This document shows positions 1-11,937 of a stretch of DNA of 64,000 nucleotides, piece by piece. The translations under genes were made by a program, and so were the position numbers. Below the pieces are notes generated by a model. The model searched no databases. It was not told where the DNA came from and saw only the letters and a program-made list of their open reading frames with translations. The stretch lies in the NCBI GenBank assembly GCA_965202585.1, contig OZ241826.1, positions 27,962,001 to 28,026,000 of the forward strand, read 5' to 3'. Each line of letters begins with the position of its first letter. The first letter of the stretch is position 1. This DNA comes from Thalia democratica. Its lineage: Eukaryota.

Positions 1-1386
1 TTCTGAAACATTAACTTTTTATGTTGTACATGATTGTTTACATTTTTAAGTTTTTGCATTTTTTCTTAAATTGAATATAGTCCTTAGTTGTCAAACCTAG
101 TTTAATAAAGAGTAGCTTTAAGTATTATTAAATATAAGTATTAATTAGATTAAAGTTGTTATTTATTACACTTTATACTTAAAGCACACTATAACCATTA
201 AACTGTCTTTAGTTACCCACACAATATTGTCGGTAACAGATGTACTTCCTAACATCAAGTTAATTACACAAATTAACTATGAGCTGAGATTTCTGCTTCA
301 AGTAAACTGATAGTAAATTAAATTATTTTTTGAAATAAACCTTGAAATTTTTTTATCATGTCTTCAAATATTTTTGTTTCTTTAAAGTTACATTTTTAGG
401 TTTAAAAAGTTTTCTCAAAAAAATACATATTTAAAACAGAATGTTTTTTTTTCCTACAAAGTGCGGATTATGTAAATGTTTTAGTACTTGATTTTATATT
501 TTGATTTTTAAAAGTTAAGTTGAGTTTATGGTTAAGTTGTATTCTTTGAAAAGTTATACAAAATGTTTTATATATATTTTGTTTATATATAAACTTCTTT
601 AAGTGATTCAATCAAATAACTGTATAAAATATGAAAAACTAAATATTTACAACAAAACACTAATAATATTCACGGAAAAATCTTTCTGCTTACTATACTT
701 TAACTTTTTTATAGTAGTTGTGACCTATCTTCAAAAGATTTTCTTGGTTGCTATTAGTTTTGTTTATCTCGTTGTATAAATCAAGTTGAAGTTTTTCTTT
801 TTTAATCTATGGATTTAAATATTTCCTGTAGTTTAGGTTTAGATTGTATTAACTTAGTTTATCCCATTAGTAAAATTTTTGAGTTCATTATGATTAAAAA
901 TTGTTAAAGTAAACTTTCTTTTTTTTTTTTTTCATTAATATTTTTGATTGCTTCATTTCTTAAGATTTAAAAGTAAGATTTAAAATAAATAATTTTTACT
1001 GACTCTTAAGAAATTATAAAAGCCTGTGGTCGATAACCGATGTGATAACTTTTTCATACACCAGATCCTTAGACCTAACCTTTTTAGCGTTTTTGAATCA
1101 TTAAATAGACAATATATAAATAAGAATACAATAAATAAGATTTTTAAGCATTGTCTACTATTATATTATTCTACATTAACATCTTACTTGGTTAAGAAAA
1201 ATCAACTATATTCGTGAGTTTAAAAATATTTCATTTAATTCTCAAAATCTAACAATGAATAATTATATTTATCGTTTAATGTTTATAGTGTTCTTGATCC
1301 TTTTTTTTTTGAAATTACTGTGACTACATTTAAACAGTTTTAATTATTATTATCTAACAAGTTTCAAATCGTTTTTTAATCTGCAG

Positions 1387-1420
1387 TGTCTAAGACAAAG
1401 CTAATCCCTTTATTAAATCT
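1387..1420 (+). other. Putative 34-nt upstream micro-exon of PARP copy 1
   Basis: ttttttaatctgcAG|34 nt|GTaaag. An equal-length homolog with the same borders lies at 10751-10784 (-). An upstream GTGAGT donor is at 1214 (copy 2: 10952-10957). Confidence 0.5.
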
Positions 1421-1634
1421 GTAAAGAAATAAATTGTTAGTAAGAACGAAATAGTTGTAACAAACAAACTGATCAAGTAAAAAATAAAATAAATAAAACA
1501 AAATTAGTTGTAAAATAAAAGCGTGCATTTGTGCATTTTTTTAAAAACTTTATAAATATAATGTACTTTTTACAATAATTTATTCTTTAACTATTTATAA
1601 CAATAAAAAAACGAATAGCTTTTTTACTTATAGA

Positions 1635-1666
1635 CATTTTATTACAGATTATATATAAAATACATC
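1635..1666 (+). promoter_or_regulatory. Conserved 3' splice acceptor 19 nt upstream of the PARP ATG
   Basis: ttt(a/t)ttacAG|att...ATG with exactly 19 nt between AG and ATG in all five copies (AG at 1646-47, 10571-72, 21657-58, 37591-92, 57147-48). Confidence 0.6.
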
Positions 1667-3400
1667 ATGTACTCAAACGAAGAATATTTAGATCAGACAA
1701 TCACACAGTTTTCCGGTCCTAAGAACTACTTGCGCCGCCTGTGCGAAGAAGAAAAGCAAAAGACGAAAACTAAAATAGAAAACATGATCGAACAATTTGA
1801 TGCGAGAAAAGAAAAATTGGTGAAACACGCCGTAAATTTGTTTGAGTGCGACACTTCGACATCTAAAAAATCTTTTTTAAAAGGTTTCAATCATGAGCTT
1901 CAGTTGTTGGAAAGCGACGATCCGGATTACGATCTGTTGAAAGGATCGCTCGGTTTGAGCACTGAACTAAACCAATTAAAAAAGTACTCGAACAAAAACG
2001 TCGCTCTCAAGATTTACAGGGTCAAATCAAAAGTGGAACGTTGCAGATGTCCGAGCTTGCTGCTTCTGCACGGCACCAAAGAAAGTAACGTCGAGGGAAT
2101 TTTGAAAGAAGGACTGAGGCCTTCGTCGTCCGGCAAACATGGTCCCGGTATTTATTTGACGAACAGCTTTGAAATTGCTCACCGATACGGAGGTTGCTAC
2201 GCGATAGACGATGGGAACCTTAAAGACTTGACGTACTTGTTTGTTAGCAAAGTAAAAAAGACGCTGGCAAGTTCAAGTTGTCTTTGTGGAGACTGTAAAG
2301 ATGACCGCTCTGTTAAAAATCGCAAACCGTTATTCGGTAAGAAGACAACTTCTACTGTGTTTGTAAAGTCGTCGTTACAATGTCTCGACTCCAGTTTTAG
2401 TTACGAGCCCGTTTTAAAGGTTTTTGATGGAAACTCCTATTCCTACAAACAAGTTGAATTCGAAGATTCTTCAGCCCGCAAGTTTGATAGCAACGAAAAC
2501 AAAATTCTTTCGGGCACGTTTCAAGTGGACAATGACGAAAAAAGAATAGCTGTTGCTCACCATGACCTAGTAACTCTAGCGTACCTGGTAAGAATCGAAA
2601 TAAAACAAAGCGCACGCGTGCTTTCAAAACACATTTTGTACGATAAACTCTACCAAAGGAAGTTTTTAAAAGAGCTGCCTGTTTCAGGTTCGCAAAAAGC
2701 CGTGTTGATCGAAAATAGTCCTGCCACTTTCGAAGACTGCTCCATGAACACTTTTGTTGCCGAGCTTGAAAAAGAAATAAGCGCCAATCAACAGGCAGAA
2801 GTTGAACATGCGAAGCATCAGTTTGAACGCAAAGTTAAATCTTTCATGCGGCAACTGTTGTTCGATACGAGCAGCATATCGGAAATCAAATGTTGCGCCA
2901 TGTACAAAGCGGAGCTGCTGCATGCTTCAGATCCAGATCATCAGTTTGTGCTCAAGTCGATGAACAAAATGAGCCCGAACGCGGCAATTCAGAAAATTTT
3001 CAGGATAAACCCCTTAGACGGATTCGAGGTTGAAAAGATACGCGGAAGCTTTCTTTACCTGCGAGGAGTCAAGTCAAACGAGCTGCCAAAAGTTCTGGCG
3101 AGAGGCTACCCGGCGAGCCAAGAGGATTGGTTGGAGCAGTGCGAATGTAGAGCTGGTCGCTGCTTATGCTACGCGTCCACCAGTTTGAACAGGGAACTTT
3201 TGAGAGGAACAAGCCTCTGCGTCACGAACGGACAAGTCGGAAAGCTTTCGTTTGTCTTCGTGTCAAGCGACGGAAAAGACGCGGAAAATGAAGCTTTTCC
3301 CAACTCCGACACCAGAAGATGCTGTTTTAAAAGCAACGGAGTAGAAACCATGCTGATCGGTATGATTCCGGCTTATTTAATTGTTTTTAGCGTTCAATAG
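1667..3400 (+). CDS. PARP-like ADP-ribosyltransferase, 577 aa, copy 1 (intact): N-terminal helical segment, ART domain, coiled linker, degenerate second ART domain
   Basis: Uninterrupted 577-aa ORF. PARP signature LLLHGTKESNVEGILKEGLRPSSSGKHGPGIYLTNSFEIAHRYG (HGT His, GIY Tyr, downstream Tyr), preceded by KIYRV and followed by a terminal strand VTLAYLV. Markedly GC-richer than the flanks. AATAAA 7 nt after the stop. Confidence 0.88.
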   Translation: MYSNEEYLDQTITQFSGPKNYLRRLCEEEKQKTKTKIENMIEQFDARKEKLVKHAVNLFECDTSTSKKSFLKGFNHELQLLESDDPDYDLLKGSLGLSTELNQLKKYSNKNVALKIYRVKSKVERCRCPSLLLLHGTKESNVEGILKEGLRPSSSGKHGPGIYLTNSFEIAHRYGGCYAIDDGNLKDLTYLFVSKVKKTLASSSCLCGDCKDDRSVKNRKPLFGKKTTSTVFVKSSLQCLDSSFSYEPVLKVFDGNSYSYKQVEFEDSSARKFDSNENKILSGTFQVDNDEKRIAVAHHDLVTLAYLVRIEIKQSARVLSKHILYDKLYQRKFLKELPVSGSQKAVLIENSPATFEDCSMNTFVAELEKEISANQQAEVEHAKHQFERKVKSFMRQLLFDTSSISEIKCCAMYKAELLHASDPDHQFVLKSMNKMSPNAAIQKIFRINPLDGFEVEKIRGSFLYLRGVKSNELPKVLARGYPASQEDWLEQCECRAGRCLCYASTSLNRELLRGTSLCVTNGQVGKLSFVFVSSDGKDAENEAFPNSDTRRCCFKSNGVETMLIGMIPAYLIVFSVQ

Positions 3401-6400
3401 ACTTTGAATAAACTATCTTTTTGTAATTAAAACAATAGCAATTTGTTTTTAAGCATACACAAGCTACTATTGTTTTAATTTTTCGGAAAGTCCTTTAAAC
3501 TTTTTTCTACAGTTTTATTTTAACAAATATTTATTCATAATAGTAACTAACATCTACTTTTCTTAAAGTTACAAATTTGTTTGAAAAAGATAAAAAGTTA
3601 TCTTACTCCTCAACAAACAAGTTTTCGATACTTTTTACAGATATATCATTACATCAACCGGCTTACTTGACAGATTTTAGCTCTTAGTAGATTTAAGCAA
3701 AAAAAAATCACTGCTGTCTTTTTATAGTTGAGTCGATCAACTAAAAAACATCAGCGAAAATCTACAGAGTCTACGCCTCTGATTAAATAACACCCGTGAT
3801 GAGCTTTAACATTTCTTGGGGGTTGTATTTGTATCAAAATACTTAAATCTTTTAATTTAACTTTGTTAGTATAAGTTCGTATGTGTATGCGTTGTCTTGA
3901 AAGTGTTAATTTGTTTACGATTAGTCTCATACAAAATTAATTCAGCTTAAAAATAGATCAGACTAATTTTTTATTAAAATTTGTAATTTTTTTTTACAAT
4001 ATTATAAGTTTTGTAATACCATAAAAAAGTAATAGTTAACAAATTAAAACTCTCCAATTTAATCAATAAACGTTTTCAGAGTCGATTTAAGCAAAATTTT
4101 AATTAAAAAAATTTGTTAGCTTTTAATATATAATTATCTTTTATGTCATATATCAAAACTTTTAGGTTGACATTACCACGACGCAGGCTCATTCAAAATC
4201 ATTACAAAGGAACTGTGATTTAAATTATGTTTTTGCCAGATTACGTTATTTTGAGTTTTCTATTCTTTTTTGGTTGAAAACCTTTTTAAAGGTATTTATG
4301 TAATTCAGCATCTACGTCACGTCACTGAAGATTAAACTCATGTAACATTATTATTATGCTTACACGTGATACTTAAACAAGGCAAAAACTTAAACAAAAA
4401 CAATTATACAAATTTTCTTTCGTCAACGGTCATAGTTTTTCTTAACATTACTGTACAAAAAAGGCTAATATTTTTTTTTTGGGACTAGATTAAATACAAA
4501 TTCGTTTCATTTAACTATGTATATTCATTAGTCGAAAATTCTTTACAGAGAGAAACATAATTTATTCCCTCTTTTTAAAATCAAAATATTTTGAAAAAAT
4601 TTTTCCATACATTAACTCCTTAATTAGTGCAATAAGTTAAGGACATTAGGAGCTCAGAGTGGTTACTGCTCCTTTGTAGTAAAACTATTATAGTTGTGTT
4701 TTATATATGTAAATTATAATAATCTTTTGTAAACCATCAAGAATTTTTTTCTTTTGAAAATGGAAAATAAATAAAAGGTTTCTAAAAAACGTTATAGTAA
4801 AGATGATATAGTGCACAATGTATACTGCTAATATAGTGTTTACCTCATTATACAAAAAGACTAAGTTAAAATTAAGTAAACTTATAAAATGTAATTAATT
4901 AGTTATTTACGTGAAAAGTGAACAAATCAAAGTTTGTAGTTGTACAGTAGCAGTAGAGTTAGAAAATTAACCACTTTTAAAAGCAAATTAGTTCGTTAAA
5001 CATTTTTTTTAATTAAGATTTTTCTCTAAGAATTTTATTTTATAACATTTATCTTAATATATGTAAAAAAAAAACTTAAAGATTAAAATTTAATTCGTTG
5101 CTAAGAACAAAAATTTTAGATTTTATAGCTTTTCTACTAAATAAATAAAGAATTATACAACCGCACAAATAAATTTAATAAACTTAATTTGACTGCTAGT
5201 ATCTGCAGATGCATTCTTTATATAAGTAACAATGTTTTACACCAGTTAAATTTAATAAGCCGTAAAATTTTGCAGGCATAAAAAAGTTTAAAACTTTACA
5301 AATTTTCTGCACTTTTTACTATGTATTGAAACAAATTATTTTAACTGATAAGAAATATAAAATAACTAAATAATGACAACAAGAAGTAATTTTATAGGAT
5401 TTAATTCTATTATTGATCTAATGTTATTTTAAAGAAGCATAATAAAAGTAGATATTAGATTAAATTTAAAAATTTTGCTAAGTAAAGTTTGTTTTCTGTC
5501 ACTGTTTAAATGAGATAACAAACTGTTTTAAATATTCTACAGGTTGGGAAATTTAGCTGATACTAATTATGAAATAGTTTGTTGCAATTTTAGAAAATAT
5601 TCAGTGAACAGATTTAGTGACACTGTTGGATAATATGACAACCATATATTGATCTAAAAGTATTAGAACAATTATAAAGTTTGTTAAACTAAAAAAGTCA
5701 ATAAACAGTTTAAACAGATTATAATAACAGCTATTAGTAACTTATAACATTTTAACTAGTTTTTGAATTGTTTATTTATTTTACATATTAAACAAAACTA
5801 TTATTTTTAATAGCTTCTAATAAGTTTGCGACGGTGATGTAATGTATATATAAGGGGTTTAACAGAATCAAATTTACTAAATAATATTTTTTTACCGCTG
5901 AAAGGCGCTACTAGTTGCTTTATATAACCACAAACCATAATTAAAACTAGTTTGTTGGTTTTTAAACTTAACAAAAAACTTTTTAGATCATTACTTAGTA
6001 AAACAAATCTTTATCATTTAGTTACAGTTATACTCTGTTTAGCAATTTTAGTATATGTTTAGTCATGATACTGGGTAAGCAAATTAAAAAAAAAATATTA
6101 TGTAAACTTGTACTTTCGCAGAAGTTCATAGTTATATATAAAACTTAATTTAAACTTAAGGTAAGAAGTAATCTAATATTAAATTTTAGATAAATAGTAG
6201 TTTAACACAAGTAAAATAAAACTGAACACTGAATAACTTCTAGATACATAAAAGTAATCTACAATCCTTTAAAAGTTAGTTAATCAATAACTTCTAGGTG
6301 TTGACTTAAAACTAAGTAAGCAACTCAATATTGTTTAGTTAAATACTATAAAGTTAATTACTAAAATTTTAAACATAAACTAGAATTAAGTTAACTTGCT

Positions 6401-8824
6401 TAAATTGTACTTAGATCAGCACAAATCAAGTTTCTTGTTTAAACGTTTGTTTTAATTTAATGAAAAAGTCTTCAGAAAAGTTCAAACAATCAACACTAAG
6501 TAAATAATAAAAATAAATAAATAAATTTAAAACATTTTAGTTGAATAGAATTTATTTACTTTCAAGTTAACTCTAACCAGCTACATAAATTTTAACAGCA
6601 TGTTCAATAAAAAGTAAAATAGGATCAGAACTTCTAATTTTTTTATACTTTTTAGTTTCTTAAAATATTAAAACTTCGTAATTTTATAAATAACGCGATC
6701 GTCTAATTATTACTCTAAAACTGGTTCCGGTTAAAATTGATTGGGACTAGGTTTTGGTGCATTCTTCTCAATCTCTGTAAAGTATAGTTTTATCAGTTAC
6801 TAGTTCATGAGCAAATAAAAAAATGTTTTTAAACGTTTTTTTAATGGTTAGTAAAAATTAAACAAACCTTCCTAGAATGTCGGTTTATGAATGTTTTCGT
6901 CAGCAGGTATGGGACAAAAATTTTCGTACTAAGTTAAAACAAAATTAAAGTTTTACTTTGATAACCACAGTAGGAACTTTAAATAATTTAGTTGGGTGTT
7001 ATTTTAATATTAATATATTGCTGGTCTAGAACATTTTCACACTAAGTAGACTTATTTAGTTTTTTAGATTACTAAAAAACGTTTATTGATTTATAAAATA
7101 AGTTTTTCAAATCATATTAATTGTTTTCACTATTTTGGTTTCTAAATCAATTTTTTTGTTCAAAATAAGCGTAAAGTTAAATACAATTTTATTTTTTTGT
7201 AGTGTTTTTTGATACGAGTTAAAAAATTTTTTTGATAATTTGTATTTATTACACTAGTTTTTGGTCTTTCAGCCCTGTTTTGTTTTTTAATTAGCATTAA
7301 TAAATAAAAACAAAAAAAAAATTGTATGTATAAAATTTAACACAATACATTGAGTATGAAACAAAACAATCTTTAAAAATAGTACGTTTTTAAACTCAAA
7401 AATAGCAACTTTTTGTGTTTTTGCTATTTTATGATGAGATTACGATTCGGCAGTCTTTTTATAAGTGAAGGGCCAATATTTTCTCAGACAAGTTTGCGTG
7501 GGCTGCAATGCGTAGAAAAACTTCGGCGGGGTGCAGTGAGTTCATACAATTGTAGTAATTATTCTACTATAATAGTGGACAAAAAATGCGACCATAATTA
7601 ATAATTATTAAGTTAAGAGCTTATTTATAAAATTTTACTACATACAGAATTAATTACTTTATAAAAGTATGTTTATTGTTGGTAAGCACTTAGATGGTTT
7701 TGAAAGTTTATTCTTTTGAATATATATATTGATAAGCGAGTTTTTATCTTAAAATTTCATTTGTTTCCGATCGTCTATTGATTATTGTTTTAACTTTTAA
7801 AGTATGAAAATTTTACTAAATTTAAAAAAATAGTCTAAAACTTATTAAGCCCTGATGTACAACGTAACAAACAGAATCAATCACCAAAAACTTAACTTTG
7901 CAAAATCAGAGTGTTGAATAATGAAAAGTTAGTTAGAAGGGACGTTAAAAACAACGTATAAAGTTTAATTATTTGTCAACATTTGATTAACATTTGGGAT
8001 TGTCTTGATAACTCCTACGAGAATAGCTTTAAAGTTATATCAAAATGACGCAATAGTTTCAATAAAAAGTTTTTATGAAAAAAATCTAGTTTATGATTCA
8101 AATCTAAACTTTATAGGCAAAATAAGTACATACTTATATATACAGTCATAAAAAACACAATAGTTATAGTTCGAAGTAACATGACATAAATGCTGAATGA
8201 AATAGGTATCTTTCAATAACTAGATCTTTTCAAGTTTCAACCAAAATTAGAATAACATACTCTAATAACATTTATATACTTTTTACATTAATCAATATTA
8301 TATTCTAAAGGTAAAAACCATCATAACCTAAAAAACAGTAAAAATTAGACTTTGTTTTACTATTGTTTATAAAATTGACCCTGTGTAGTAATTTTGTCTC
8401 ACTAGAAGTTTTAAAATACAAATAATTGAGCTTGCCTCACGGCATACGAAAGTCAAGGCATAGGCTGTGTAGACTTTTGCCGATGTTTTTGTTGATTAGT
8501 TCAACTATAGTAACACAACAGTAAAATTATTTTTAATAAAAATCTGCTTAGCGCTAAAATCAGTCAAGTAAGCAGGTTGGTGTAATGATAAACCTATAAA
8601 AACTATAAGAATTTGTTTATTGGGTAGTAAAATAAATTTTACATCTTTTTCAAACGAACCTGTGATTTTAAGAAAATATAATATTAGCAACTATTCTAAA
8701 TAAATGTTTCTTAAAAAAACAGTATAAAAAATTATATAGAAATTTGAAACAAATTAGAACAATTGTACATTTGAGTGTTTAAAAAACTATTGTTTCAACT
8801 GTAAAGAGATAATTTATTCTAAGT

Positions 8825-10551
8825 CTATTGAACGCTTAAAACAACTAAATAAGCCGGAATCAGGCCGATTAAATGATGCATGAAACTTTCTCTGGTTTTA
8901 AAACAGCATCCTCTGGTGTCGGAGTTGGGAAAAGTTTCCTCATCCGCGCTTTTGCAATCGCACGCCACGAAGACAAACGACAGCTTTTCGACTTGTCCGT
9001 TCGAGACGCAGTGGCTTAACCCAAGTCCAAGTTCAAAGTCCCAGCTGGTGGACGTGTAGCAGGAACAGCCGTCGACTTCACACTCGCACTGTTTCAATAA
9101 ATCCTCGAGACTTGCCAGGTAGCCTCTCACCAGAACGTTTGGCACTTGGTAGGACTTGGCTCCTTGCAGGTAGAGCACGCCTCCGTGTATCGTTTTGTCT
9201 TCGTCAACTGGGTTGATCCTGAAAATTTGCAGGACTGCCGCGTTAGGAATCATTCCGGTCATCGACCCGACCACAAACTGACGATCTGGATCTGAAGCTT
9301 GCAGCAGCTCCGCTTTGTAGTTGGCACAGTTGTCGGCTTCTAATATGCTGCTCGTGTCAAACAACAGTTGCCTCATGAAAGAGTTCACTTTGCGTTCAAA
9401 CTGATGCTTCGCATGTTCAACTTCTGCCTGCTAATTGGCGCTTATCTCTTTTTCAAGCTCGGCAACAAAAGTGATCATAGAGCAGTCTTCGGAACTGGCA
9501 TGACTGTTTTCGATCAACGTGTCTTTTGGCAGATCCGAAATTGGCAGGTTTTTTGAAAAGTTAGTTTTGCAGAGTTCGCAGTACAAAATGTGTTTCGCAA
9601 GCTCGCGTGCGCTTTGTTTTGTTTCGATTTCTATAAGGTATTCGAGAGTTACTAGATCATGGTGAGCTACAATTATTCTTTTTACGTCATCACTCGATTG
9701 AAACGTGCCCGAAAGAATTTTGTTTCCTTCGCTGTCGAACTTGCAAGCTGAAGAATCTTCGAATTCAACTTGTTTGTTGGAATATGTTCCATGTAAACTT
9801 TTAAAACGGGGTCGTAACTAAAACTGGAGTCATGAATTGGATACGACGACTTTACAAACACAGTCGAAGTTGTCTTCTTACCGAATAAGTGTTCGCAAGT
9901 TTTAACAGACCGGTCATCTTTACACTCTCCACAAAGACAACCTGAACTTTCCGGCGTCTTTTTCACTTTGCTAACAAAAAAGAACGTGAAGTCTTTGGCT
10001 TTCCCATCGTCATCCACGTAGTTTTGACCGTAACGTTGAGCAATTTCAAAGCTGTTCGTCAAATAAATGCCGGGGCCCAGTCTGCCTGAAGATGAAGGCC
10101 TCAGTCCTTCTTTCAAGATTCCCTCGACGTTGCTCCCTTTGGTGCCGTGCAGAAGCAGCAAGCTCGGACATCTGCAGCGTTCCACATTCGATTTGACCCT
10201 GTAAATCCTGAGAGCGACGTTATTGTCCGAGTACTTTTTTAATTCGTTCGTTTCACCGCTCAAATCGAGCGATTCTCTCAACAGACTGTAATCCGGATCG
10301 TCGCTTTCCAACAACTGAAGCTCGTACTTGGAAACCTTGGAAAGAGATTTTTTTCAAACTGTACTTCTGCATTCAAACATCTTAACAGCTTCTTCCACAA
10401 ATTCTTCTTTTTCTGCATCGCATTCTTCGACCATTTCTTTGATTTCAGCTTTCGTCTTTTGCTTTTCTTCTTCGCAAAGACTGCGCAAATAATTTTGAGG
10501 ACCAGGAAACTGAGAGATTATCTGATCTAAATATTCTTCGTTTAAGTACAT
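8825..10551 (-). pseudogene. PARP-like copy 2, disrupted
   Basis: Colinear with copy 1 from MYLNEEYLDQ to IPAYLVVLSVQ. In-frame TGA at 10354-10356, a ~4-nt deletion near 9790 (VLKVYMEHIP instead of VLKVFDGNSY), and an in-frame TAG at 9431-9433 where other copies have Q/K. Confidence 0.9.
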
Positions 10552-11937
10552 AATGTATTCACTATAAAATCTGTAAAAAAGGTCTAAATTTAAAAAAGCA
10601 TATGTATCTATACACCGGTATGTCTATATATGTTTTTCATTGTTATAAGTAATTAAAGAACAAGTTATTGTAACAAAATACAATGACATTTCTACTGTCT
10701 TTGAAAAAATGATCAAAATGCACGCATGTTACTAAAAGTTATGTCTTTACAGGTTCAACAAAGAGGTAAGCTTTGTGTTGGGCACTGCAGATTAAAAAAC
10801 AAATTAAAATTTTTAGATAAAATTAATAAGAAATGTTCAAATAAAATTATTTCAAAAAAAAAATAATCAAAAACATTATTAATATTAAACAAACAATATA
10901 AATATAAATATCATTGTGAGAATTTGACATTTGAATGTATATTTTTTTTTAACTCACGAGAATATTTAATTTTTCCAAACCAAGTAAAAAGTTAATAAAT
11001 ATTAATGTAATAATAGACAATGCTTGAAAATCTTATTACTTGTATTCTTATATATATATATTGTTTATTTAAAGATTTAAAAAACGCTCAAAATTTAGGT
11101 CTAAGGAGTTGGTGTACGAAAATACATATCGGTTATTGACCACATGATTTAACAATTTCTTAAGAGTAAATAAAAACTATATTTTTTAAGTCTTACTTTT
11201 AAATCTTAAGAAATAAAGCATTCAAAAAAAGTAATGAAAAGAGGAAAAAAAGAAAGTCTACTTAGTTAAGCGTTTACTTTAAAAAATTTTAGTCATAATA
11301 AACTTAAAAACTTTACTAACAGAATAAAATAAGAAAATACAGTCTAAACATAAACTATAGGGAATATAAATATCTTTAGATTAAAAAATAACTCGATTGG
11401 AATAACGATATAAACAAAACTAATAGCGAACAAAAAAATAAATTATAGATAGGTCACAGCTTCTATAAAAAAGTTAAAGTGAAGTGAGCTGAAAGATTTG
11501 TTCGTTGAGTATTATTAGTATTTTATGGTAAGTATTTAGTTTTTAATTTGTTATATAGCTGTTCGATAGAATAACTAAAAAAGTTTATATAAAAACATAT
11601 AGTTTGTATAACTTTTTAAAGAAGTGAATTAAGCCATAAAACCAACTTAACATTTAAATATTTTGCGTTTAAAAAAAAAGTATATTTTAAATTTATACTA
11701 CATTTCTTTTGAATACATTTCTAAGGCTGAAAATGTAACTTTAAAGTAACGAACAGTATTTGAAGACATAATAAAGAAATTTCAAGGTTTCCTCAGAAAA
11801 ATAATTTAATTTATTATAAGTTTTATTGAACAGAAATACCAGCTCATCGTTTATTAATATAATTAACTCGATGTTAGGAAGTACATCTGTAACCGACAAT
11901 ATTGTGTGGGTTACTAAAGACAGTTGAATGGTTATAG

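Noticed and set aside
2397-3351. Antisense or overlapping short ORFs on the PARP genes (2397, 2684, 3169, 9368, 21799, 35846, 35898, 36320, 36979, 37353, 57289)
   Set aside because: Shadow frames of GC-richer coding sequence. They recur only because the genes are paralogous.
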